In this document: piece by piece, positions 19,090 to 26,505 of the stretch | Position numbering within the stretch: position 1 is the first letter of the stretch | How the letters are laid out: every line of letters starts with the position of its first letter | NCBI GenBank assembly: GCA_041556275.1 | Contig: JBFFIU010000001.1 | Location: forward strand, 1-50,705 | Direction: 5' to 3' | Source: Anaerolineales bacterium | GTDB lineage: Bacteria; Chloroflexota; Anaerolineae; Anaerolineales; UBA4823 | DNA length: 50,705 nt | Position numbers and translations under genes: made by a program | The notes under the pieces: model-generated | Told to the model about the DNA's origin: nothing | Databases searched by the model: none | Seen by the model: only the letters and a program-made list of their open reading frames with translations

Positions 19090-19602
19090 CTAACCCTCAG
19101 ACTGCCCTGGAACCGCTTCTTCATATTTCGTAGGACATTTAAGCAATAACTCATCGGCATAGAACACGCCATCATCACCGAGCTCGCCGGTCATAATGGC
19201 TTGCGCTTCGTGTCGTAAAAGATCGGGTTTAACCCCAACATAAACTACTTGCATTTTAGTCCTGTCCGGATCAAGGACCGCGGCATGCAGGACTTCTGCC
19301 AGACCACCCTGGGCTTCGATATCTTTATTATCCCCAGGCACATGGGCTACTGTGAACTTCAATGTCAACGTTTGGGGATCATACTCTACTGAGTCACCGA
19401 TAACAGCTCCTGAAACACGCACATCCCGCCCAATGTCACCAGCTTCCCGGGAAGCCAATTCGTCAACGGTGAGGAAATACTGCGCGCTGGCTTGCGTCGA
19501 AGTCACGATGAGGTATACAATCGCTGCGACGATCAACAGTCCACCCACAATGAATTTGGCGCGGCCGCCAGTTTTTACTTGAGATGAAACGGGTTGTTCC
19601 AT
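19090..19602 (-). CDS. ccmE: Heme chaperone CcmE, Cys-type (CxxxY) variant
   Basis: TM anchor, OB-fold-like body (YFLTVDEL..., VRVSGAV), and a C-terminal LLLKCPTKYEE where canonical CcmE has LAKHDENY. I preferred the ATG at 19602 (GGAGGAG RBS) to the TTG at 19623. Confidence 0.85.
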   Translation of the reverse strand: MEQPVSSQVKTGGRAKFIVGGLLIVAAIVYLIVTSTQASAQYFLTVDELASREAGDIGRDVRVSGAVIGDSVEYDPQTLTLKFTVAHVPGDNKDIEAQGGLAEVLHAAVLDPDRTKMQVVYVGVKPDLLRHEAQAIMTGELGDDGVFYADELLLKCPTKYEEAVPGQSEG

Positions 19603-19720
19603 ATATTGCTCCTCCGTCACCAACTTTTATCGTATTGTCCTGTTACAACTCTTAATTCTGTCACACCTAGATTAAAGCAACCTGAGAGAATACCAAATTA
19701 AGCATGAGAGTGCGATTAAT

Positions 19721-20410
19721 TTAATCCAAATCGATCAAGCCGGTCCGAATGGCGAACTTGACCAATTCGGTTGATGAGTGCAGATTCAGCTTGTGCATGA
19801 TCCGTTCGCGATGCCTGGCAACTGTCTTGGGGCTGATTCCCAGCAGTTCGCCGATCTCAGCATTTGTATTTCCCTCAGCAACCGCCTCAAGCACCTGCAG
19901 CTCCCGTTGGCTGAGCACATCCAAACCTCTGCCTCTTTCCTCTGTTCCACCAATCTGGCGCCCTTCCAGCGGAGCCTGGATTAACAAGCGGCGGTAATCT
20001 TCCAACAACCAGCGTGCCAGTGCTGGTTGTAAATAAACATTTCCTGAGGCAACGCAGCGGATGGCAGTCACTAATTCCTCGGCGGCGACCTGTTTGGTAA
20101 CATACCCTGAGGCACCTGCGGAGAGCATTTCGAAGAGATACTGCTTATCCTCATGCACTGTAAGCGCCAAAATATAGCAGTCTGGATCGATCTCCTTTAA
20201 CCGCTTGGTTGCTTCCAAGCCATCCATCTCGGGCATGGTGATATCCATCACCACCAAGTCTGGGTTGGATTCTTGGGCGCGTTCGATCGCCTCACTGCCG
20301 CTGCTGGCTTCAGCCACCACCTGAATCCCCTCTTGGGTATCGAGGAATGATTTCAATCCAGTGCGTACAATATCGTGATCGTCAACTAACATTAACCGGA
20401 TGGTGCTCAT
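19721..20410 (-). CDS. NarL/LuxR-family response regulator
   Basis: MSTIRLMLVDDHDIVRTGL, DLVVMDITMPEMDG, and a LuxR HTH (LSQRELQVLEAVAEGNTNAEIGELLGISPKTV). The track start at 20584 is an in-frame extension running through the kinase gene. Confidence 0.9.
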   Translation of the reverse strand: MSTIRLMLVDDHDIVRTGLKSFLDTQEGIQVVAEASSGSEAIERAQESNPDLVVMDITMPEMDGLEATKRLKEIDPDCYILALTVHEDKQYLFEMLSAGASGYVTKQVAAEELVTAIRCVASGNVYLQPALARWLLEDYRRLLIQAPLEGRQIGGTEERGRGLDVLSQRELQVLEAVAEGNTNAEIGELLGISPKTVARHRERIMHKLNLHSSTELVKFAIRTGLIDLD

Positions 20411-21893
20411 CTGGCTTCTCCTCGACTGCGCTGATGCTGAATTCGTTAATCGGCACGATGACTTCCACGATCGTTCCGCCTCCTGCGGGGTTGGAGATAT
20501 GCAGCTGCCCCGAGACGGATTCGGCTCGTTCGCGCATGCCCTCCAGTCCCCAACCACGCTCGGGGGAAGCAGCCATCGTGGCATCCATGCCTACTCCCTT
20601 GTCACTTACTTCTAAAACTACATCTTCAACGTTAAACCATAATTTCACTTTCGCTTGATCGCACTGAGCATGGCGGGCGACGTTGGTGAGCGCCTCCTGG
20701 GCGACGCGGAAGATAACCGTTTCGATCAAAGGATCTAACCGCCTGCGCTGACCTTCAACCTGCAAAGCCACCTGCAGACCAGTACGCTTCTGCTCTTCTT
20801 CTCCCAGATACTGCAGGGCGGGGACCAATCCCAAATCATCTAATTGAGCTGGGCGCAGATCGTGCACCAAACGGTAGATACCTTGAGACATATCACGGGT
20901 CATGGTTTGCAGCTCGTCAAGCAGATCTTTTATGCGCGGCTGCATGGGGGCTAAATTTTTTAACGTTGCCAAATTCAAGCTGAGCGCGGTCAAGAATTGA
21001 GCTGTTTCATCATGCAGTTCACGTGCGATGCGCCCACGCTCCTCTTCCTGGGCGATGACCGTGTGGCGCAACAATTCTCGGCGCAAAGCTTCCCGCTCCT
21101 CCAGGTCGCGCTGCACCTGTTGGAGAGCTGCAAGCCGTTCCTGCTGGGCCGCTTGCAGCTGCTCCTCTCGCTCGCGATCGACGATCTGGATAGCCTGGAT
21201 CAGGTTCACAGTCACCAGTGCGGCCATGCTTGCCCGTACCAATTGAACAGGGAATCCAGCAATATTAAGGAACACTGTTGAATTGATGATATTCGCTGGG
21301 TACAAGTCGATCGGTCCCACAAAAACCTGTGTTAATCCATACAATGCGAAACCCACAGCAGCCCACCTGAAGCGACGGGCGAGTTTACCGCGTCCTTCGC
21401 GATCAACCTGCTGGGCACGCTTACGCAGACCTAGGCCAGCCAGGATCCCCCCAGGCACGGCCAGGGTATAACGGGCCAGGGTATCAGAGGGTTTGAGCAA
21501 CAAATCGGGCCGTTGATTGGTGACCACGATCAACAAAATCGCATAAACGATCATAATGCCGATCAAGATCGCCAATGGGACTCTTGCTCCCTTCTCTGGC
21601 CCGACAAGCATTAACAAACCAAAATAAACCAGGGGTACGAAAGAGATCACCAGCAATGCATAACGTATCCAGTCTAAGTATTCCGGAAAAGGAACACCCA
21701 GCCAGACTCCTTGCAGGAGCAGGATCTCGATCCATTCGTGCATACCATGCAGCAGACCAAACACCGCCAGCGGTTGCAGCACGCGCCGTTCTGCCAGTCT
21801 CGGAGCACGTGTCGTCTCCAGGAATAAGGCGATCCCCATTGAGAAGAAAGCCAATCCATAGATGAAGAATATTAAAACGATGTCCCACTGCAT
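20382..21893 (-). CDS. Membrane-embedded sensor histidine kinase (HisKA_3/NarX-type)
   Basis: About 6-7 N-terminal TM helices, a coiled coil, H-box RIARELHDETAQ, and an HATPase region (VSDKGVGM). Overlaps the response regulator start by 29 nt. Confidence 0.85.
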   Translation of the reverse strand: MQWDIVLIFFIYGLAFFSMGIALFLETTRAPRLAERRVLQPLAVFGLLHGMHEWIEILLLQGVWLGVPFPEYLDWIRYALLVISFVPLVYFGLLMLVGPEKGARVPLAILIGIMIVYAILLIVVTNQRPDLLLKPSDTLARYTLAVPGGILAGLGLRKRAQQVDREGRGKLARRFRWAAVGFALYGLTQVFVGPIDLYPANIINSTVFLNIAGFPVQLVRASMAALVTVNLIQAIQIVDREREEQLQAAQQERLAALQQVQRDLEEREALRRELLRHTVIAQEEERGRIARELHDETAQFLTALSLNLATLKNLAPMQPRIKDLLDELQTMTRDMSQGIYRLVHDLRPAQLDDLGLVPALQYLGEEEQKRTGLQVALQVEGQRRRLDPLIETVIFRVAQEALTNVARHAQCDQAKVKLWFNVEDVVLEVSDKGVGMDATMAASPERGWGLEGMRERAESVSGQLHISNPAGGGTIVEVIVPINEFSISAVEEKPDEHHPVNVS

Positions 21894-21974
21894 GAGGCGA
21901 TCCTTTCACCATCTGCTACAAGTTTTATTAACAGCTATTGTACAGCAAACGAATAAAACTATTGCTATCTTCAA

Positions 21975-21990
21975 TGTGACATTTGTCACA
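21975..21990. promoter_or_regulatory. Perfect CRP/FNR-family-type palindrome TGTGA-N6-TCACA
   Basis: TGTGACATTTGTCACA lies in the divergent intergenic region, about 185 nt upstream of the octaheme gene ATG and about 89 nt from the kinase ATG. Confidence 0.45.
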
Positions 21991-22167
21991 TAACCAGCGT
22001 TACTTATTCACTCATCTGGGATTTACAATTAGGGTAAAATAACTACGCAAAATTACACAACTCATATGTTAAATCTCCCTCTAAAATCGTCTGTAGATAC
22101 ACAAAATCAAATGACAGCACTCAGGTTCCTTCTGTTGGCTAACACCTACTAAATTTGAGATGAGACT

Positions 22168-23427
22168 ATGATGAAAACCTTGAAATTTGTTTTGATGATT
22201 GGCAGCTTGTTGATCATAATCGCTGCACTGGCAGCTTGCGGAGGGCAAGATGGTCCGCAAGGGCCTGCAGGTCCCGTTGGTCCACCTGGTCCAGATGGTC
22301 CGCATGGCCCTACCGGACCCGAAGGTCCGGTAGGGCCAGCTGGTGCTGAGGGGGAGACTGGCACTGGTGTGACAGGGGCTGAGTATGTAGGCAGCGCTAC
22401 ATGCGGCGGTTGCCACAAGGATACTTACGATACCTTTATTCAATCCGGTCACCCCTGGAAATTGAACCCTGTGATCGACGGACAGCCTCCAGATTACCCT
22501 TTTACAGGTTTACCTGAATTACCAGAGGGTTACACCTGGGATGATATTTCTTACGTGATTGGCGGATACAACTGGAAAGCCCGCTTCATTGACCAGGATG
22601 GCTACATCATCACAGACGAACCTGGCGCTTCAGGCAATGAAGAGTATCTCAACCAGTACAATTTCGCTAACCCGATCGTGGGCACCGAAGCCGGTTGGGT
22701 GACCTACCACTCAGGTGAATTAGAGAAGCCTTATGACTGCGGCGCATGCCATACGACCGGTTACAGCCCCAACGGCAACCAGGACGACCTGCCGGGCCTG
22801 GTCGGGACCTGGGCTGAACCTGGCATCATGTGCGAGGAATGCCACGGTCCGGGAGGCATGCACGTTAAAAACCCGCAGGGTGTTCAAATGACCATCGACC
22901 GAGATGCGGAGCAGTGCGGCAAATGCCATAGCCGCGAGGAGATCGAATCGGTCAATGCCAGCGGTGGCTTTATCCGTCACCACGAACAATATGAGGAGCT
23001 CTTCCAGGGTAAGCACATCGCCCTGGACTGCGTGATCTGCCACGATCCTCATCAAGGCGTCGTGCAGCTGCGCCAGGCAGGCATTCAGACCACGCGCACA
23101 CAGTGCGAGAACTGCCATCTTGATGAAGCGCAATTTCAGAACTCGCTAATCCATCCTGCTGCAACGGAGTGCATCGACTGCCACATGCCGCGCATCGTCC
23201 TGTCTGCGGTAGGTGACCCGGAGAAATTTACTGGCGACATCCGCACCCACCTGATGCGCATCAACCCCACCCAGATCGAGCAGTTTACCGAGGATGGCAG
23301 TGCCTCCCTTTCAGAGATCGGGCTGAATTTCGCCTGCCGGCACTGTCATGGCGTGACTGCCTCGGAAAAGAGTGACGAAGAATTGATCGAAAATGCAACT
23401 GATTACCACACGCCAACGGAGGAGTAA
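22168..23427 (+). CDS. Octaheme cytochrome c lipoprotein with an N-terminal collagen-like Gly-X-Y stalk
   Basis: Signal peptide and lipobox LAAC. 13 uninterrupted GXY triplets. 8 CXXCH motifs (CGGCH, CGACH, CEECH, CGKCH, CVICH, CENCH, CIDCH, CRHCH). Confidence 0.85.
   Translation: MMKTLKFVLMIGSLLIIIAALAACGGQDGPQGPAGPVGPPGPDGPHGPTGPEGPVGPAGAEGETGTGVTGAEYVGSATCGGCHKDTYDTFIQSGHPWKLNPVIDGQPPDYPFTGLPELPEGYTWDDISYVIGGYNWKARFIDQDGYIITDEPGASGNEEYLNQYNFANPIVGTEAGWVTYHSGELEKPYDCGACHTTGYSPNGNQDDLPGLVGTWAEPGIMCEECHGPGGMHVKNPQGVQMTIDRDAEQCGKCHSREEIESVNASGGFIRHHEQYEELFQGKHIALDCVICHDPHQGVVQLRQAGIQTTRTQCENCHLDEAQFQNSLIHPAATECIDCHMPRIVLSAVGDPEKFTGDIRTHLMRINPTQIEQFTEDGSASLSEIGLNFACRHCHGVTASEKSDEELIENATDYHTPTEE
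22243..22359 (+). repeat. Collagen-like triplet repeat (13 x Gly-X-Y), coding
   Basis: [39 protein letters not shown]. Confidence 0.85.
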
Positions 23428-23460
23428 TCGCAACAAAAAGACTGCTTTCCAGTAATATCC

Positions 23461-23489
23461 AAACGGGCTGGGGCAGACCTGGCCCGTTT
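23461..23489 (+). terminator. Intercistronic hairpin (weak terminator or RNA-processing site)
   Basis: AAACGGGC (23461-23468) / GCCCGTTT (23482-23489). No clear U-run follows. Confidence 0.3.
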
Positions 23490-23536
23490 CACTCTAATTA
23501 ATAATTAATGGTGAAAATCGCAATTGGAGATAGTAA

Positions 23537-25246
23537 ATGAAAAGGTTCTGGCAAAGAATAAGGAATACTTTTAAGAATTTCTTCTTTCCTCCACCTGGTT
23601 CTCCTCGCTGGGCGCGAGTATTACCTTATGCTGTTCTGGGTATCTTAACTTTGATCGTGTTGACCGGGGCAGTTTTCGGCTGGGAATACACCAATTCCCC
23701 CCAATTCTGCGGCACAGCTTGCCACACCATGCCACCCGAATTCACAAGTTATCTGATCTCCCCCCATGCCCGCGTTGACTGCGTCGACTGCCATATCGGT
23801 AAGGGCTTTCTCGCCACGCGTGTCTCCCGCAAGGCTGGCGATCTCCGCCACATCGTCGCCACCACCTTCAACACCTACGAGTTTCCCATCCGGGCTCACC
23901 AGCTGCAGCCCGCCCGGGAGACCTGCGAGAAATGCCATTTCCCAGAGAAGTTCTCCGATGACAGTTTGCGTGAGATCAAGCAATTTAGTTCGGATAAAGA
24001 TAATACACCCCTGTCAACATTTTTAGTGCTCAAGACGGGCGGGGGCAGCAAACGCCAGGGGTTGGGGCGCGGCATCCACTGGCATATCGAGAATAAAATC
24101 GAGTACCTGCCCATCGATCCCGAAGAACAGGTGATCCCCTACGTGCTGGTGCATGAAGATGACGGCACGATCACGGAGTACGTGGACGTCGCATTTGATC
24201 TTGATCCCAACGATATCGATCCGGATGACCTGGTGGAGATGGACTGCATCACCTGCCACAACCGCATCACCCACCTGGTGAAGACACCAGAAGCGACGGT
24301 TGATGAGATGCTCAACCGCGGCATCATCGATCCGGAAATCCCCGATATCCGCCGCCAGGCGGTCGAAGCCTACAGCCAGATCTATGAAACCACTGAAATT
24401 GGCCTGGAAGGCATTGCCGGTATCGCCAGTTATTACCAGACATACTACCCTGAATATTACGCTGAAAACCAGGAAAAGGTCGCTGATGCCATCCTTGCCC
24501 TGCAGGATGCCTACGGCCAAAGCGTTTTCCCCGAGCAGAATTCCGACTGGACCACCCATCCCAATAACATTGGACATCAGGATTCTCCTGGATGCTTCCG
24601 CTGCCACGGCGGCACACATTTGAACGCCGAAGGGGAAGCTATTCGCCTGGAGTGCAACCTGTGCCACTCCATCCCGGTTGTCGCCGGTCCGGGTGATTTT
24701 GTATCCGAGATCGAGATCAGCCGCGGGCCGGAGCCCGACTCGCACAAGAATCCAAATTGGATCAGCATGCACCGGGATGTCTTTGACCCGACCTGCTCCA
24801 ACTGCCACACAATCGATAATCCTGGTGGGACGGACAATAGTTCCTTCTGCTCGAATACCGCCTGCCACGGCAGTGTCTATGAGTACGCCGGTTTCGATGC
24901 TCCAGGCCTGCGGGCGATATTGCGCGAACAACTTCCCCCTGAACCAACACCGATTCCACTGGCCGAGGGTGAAGCGATCACCTATCAAACCAGGATTGGT
25001 CCTATGTTCGAAAGCAAGTGCGGGGCATGTCACAGTGAGTCGAACAGCCTGGCAGGATTGGATCTGACAAACTATGAGGGCGCTTTGGAAGGCGGAGAGA
25101 GCGGCGCGGTGATACTCGCCGGTGACCCTGAAAACAGCCGATTGATCATCATTCAAAACAGTGACGAACCCCATTTCGCCCAACTCACAACTGAGGAATT
25201 GGACTTGGTCGTGGATTGGATCGCCAACGGAGCAGCGGAGAATTAA
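23537..25246 (+). CDS. Membrane-anchored NapC/NirT/NrfH-like multiheme cytochrome c (up to 9 hemes) with a C-terminal PSCyt1-like heme domain
   Basis: N-terminal TM helix (VLPYAVLGILTLIVLTGAVFGW). 7 CXXCH (CVDCH, CEKCH, CITCH, CFRCH, CNLCH, CSNCH, CGACH), plus CGTACH (CX3CH) and CSNTACH (CX4CH). Confidence 0.8.
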   Translation: MKRFWQRIRNTFKNFFFPPPGSPRWARVLPYAVLGILTLIVLTGAVFGWEYTNSPQFCGTACHTMPPEFTSYLISPHARVDCVDCHIGKGFLATRVSRKAGDLRHIVATTFNTYEFPIRAHQLQPARETCEKCHFPEKFSDDSLREIKQFSSDKDNTPLSTFLVLKTGGGSKRQGLGRGIHWHIENKIEYLPIDPEEQVIPYVLVHEDDGTITEYVDVAFDLDPNDIDPDDLVEMDCITCHNRITHLVKTPEATVDEMLNRGIIDPEIPDIRRQAVEAYSQIYETTEIGLEGIAGIASYYQTYYPEYYAENQEKVADAILALQDAYGQSVFPEQNSDWTTHPNNIGHQDSPGCFRCHGGTHLNAEGEAIRLECNLCHSIPVVAGPGDFVSEIEISRGPEPDSHKNPNWISMHRDVFDPTCSNCHTIDNPGGTDNSSFCSNTACHGSVYEYAGFDAPGLRAILREQLPPEPTPIPLAEGEAITYQTRIGPMFESKCGACHSESNSLAGLDLTNYEGALEGGESGAVILAGDPENSRLIIIQNSDEPHFAQLTTEELDLVVDWIANGAAEN

Positions 25247-25358
25247 CACGAAAATTTACCAAACTTAAAATTAAAACTATAAATTTGAATATCATTGGCA
25301 ACAAAATAGATTTTTAGCGGTAGTATCATAAGTTGGTAAGCACTAAAAGGAGGCAAGT

Positions 25359-25841
25359 ATGGAAGATAAAGAGCAGCTGAGCCGGCGGAATTTCTTAGCC
25401 ATCGCCACCGGAGCGATCGGGGGATTGATCGGCGTTGTCCTGGCGATTCCTGCAGTGGCTTACGTTGTCGGCCCCGCTTTACAGCGGACAAGAGCAGAGA
25501 ATTGGATCAGGCTCGGACCAACCTCGAAAGTCGAGCTCGGAACTCCCACTCTCTTCAAGGCCGTTGTTGAAAGCCAAACCGGGTGGATCCTGTCCGAGGA
25601 AGAACTCGCAGTTTATGTCCTCACAGAAGACGGGCGTGATTATATCGCTCTATCGAATATCTGCACTCACCTAGGCTGCCGGGTGCGTTGGATTACCGAT
25701 CAAGGTCAATACTTTTGCCCCTGCCACAACGCGGCCTTTGACAAAACTGGTCTGGTTGTATCTGGTCCTCCACCCGAACCTCTTGATCGCTATGAGACAA
25801 AGGTTGAGGATGATCAGTTGTATATCTTGTTGGGAGGTTGA
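25359..25841 (+). CDS. Rieske 2Fe-2S protein with a Tat signal
   Basis: RRNFLAIATGA, CTHLGCRV and CPCHNAAF boxes, AAGGAGG RBS. Confidence 0.9.
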   Translation: MEDKEQLSRRNFLAIATGAIGGLIGVVLAIPAVAYVVGPALQRTRAENWIRLGPTSKVELGTPTLFKAVVESQTGWILSEEELAVYVLTEDGRDYIALSNICTHLGCRVRWITDQGQYFCPCHNAAFDKTGLVVSGPPPEPLDRYETKVEDDQLYILLGG

Positions 25842-25842
25842 A

Positions 25843-26502
25843 ATGAGTGCGAGTTTGGGAAACTGGCTCGATGAACGCATCGGTTGGCGGAAGGTGTGGG
25901 ACGCCATATTCTTGCGTAAGATCCCCAAAGTAAATTGGTTCTATACCCTGGGCAGCGCCACGCTATTCATGGCCGCTTTACAGGGCATTACCGGGATCCT
26001 GCTGACGATCTACTATGTGCCCACACCAGATCACGCATACGACAGCGTGCAGTTTATCACCACCCAGGTGCCGGGCGGGTGGTTTGTGCGCGGCATCCAC
26101 CACTGGGGAGCCAGCGCGATGGTGCTGTTGACCGTCCTGCACATGGTACGTGTCATTATGTACGGTGCATACAAGTACCCCCGCGAGGTGACCTGGTTCA
26201 CCGGCGTGGGATTATTGCTCGTGGTGATGGGCTTTGGTTTCACCGGTTATCTCTTACCTTGGGACCAGAAAGCATATTGGGCAACTGTTGTCGGCACCCG
26301 CATCGCCGGAGTCGCGCCGCTGATCGGGGATCCGATCTTACGAATCATGCGCGGTGGTGAAGATTTATCAGCCGTCACCCTAGCGCGCTTCTTCGGCACC
26401 CATGTCTGGGTCCTGCCAACGATACTGCTGCTGCTGCTTGGGATCCACATGTACCTCGTCATCCGGCTTGGCATCAGCGCTGTTCCTCGCAGGGAGGATT
26501 AG
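25843..26502 (+). CDS. Cytochrome b, N-terminal (b6-like, 4-TM) subunit
   Basis: MSASLGNWLDERIGWRKVW..., WFYTLGSATLF, RGIHHWGASAMV..LH. The ATG at 25843 is 1 nt after the Rieske stop. The track start at 25738 overlaps the Rieske gene. Confidence 0.9.
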   Translation: MSASLGNWLDERIGWRKVWDAIFLRKIPKVNWFYTLGSATLFMAALQGITGILLTIYYVPTPDHAYDSVQFITTQVPGGWFVRGIHHWGASAMVLLTVLHMVRVIMYGAYKYPREVTWFTGVGLLLVVMGFGFTGYLLPWDQKAYWATVVGTRIAGVAPLIGDPILRIMRGGEDLSAVTLARFFGTHVWVLPTILLLLLGIHMYLVIRLGISAVPRRED

Positions 26503-26505
26503 GAT

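Noticed and set aside
20411-20584. 58-codon N-terminal extension of the NarL-type regulator (track start 20584)
   Set aside because: It lies entirely within the kinase coding region in another frame. The receiver domain begins at MSTIRLMLVDD (ATG 20410).
22243-22359. Tandem 9-nt periodic DNA that might be read as a CRISPR-like or VNTR array
   Set aside because: The period is 9 nt and degenerate, there is no repeat-spacer organisation, and the tract lies in frame within a CDS. It is a coding Gly-X-Y repeat.
22149-22418. 89-aa minus-strand ORF rich in Pro/Gly (…[31 protein letters not shown]…)
   Set aside because: It is the antisense mirror of the GGN-CCN collagen-like coding repeat. It has no RBS or start context, and the plus-strand frame continues into a bona fide 8-heme domain.
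24023-25249. 408-aa ORF antisense to the NapC-like multiheme gene
   Set aside because: It has no recognisable motifs and its composition is typical of an antisense read-through. The plus-strand frame carries nine heme-binding motifs and an N-terminal TM anchor, so the minus ORF is almost certainly non-coding.
25738-25842. N-terminal extension of cytochrome b overlapping the Rieske gene. Similar extensions occur at 31448-31489 and 40284-40313.
   Set aside because: In each case the internal ATG has a proper RBS and starts at the signal peptide or the conserved N-terminus. The extensions overlap upstream genes or lack an RBS.
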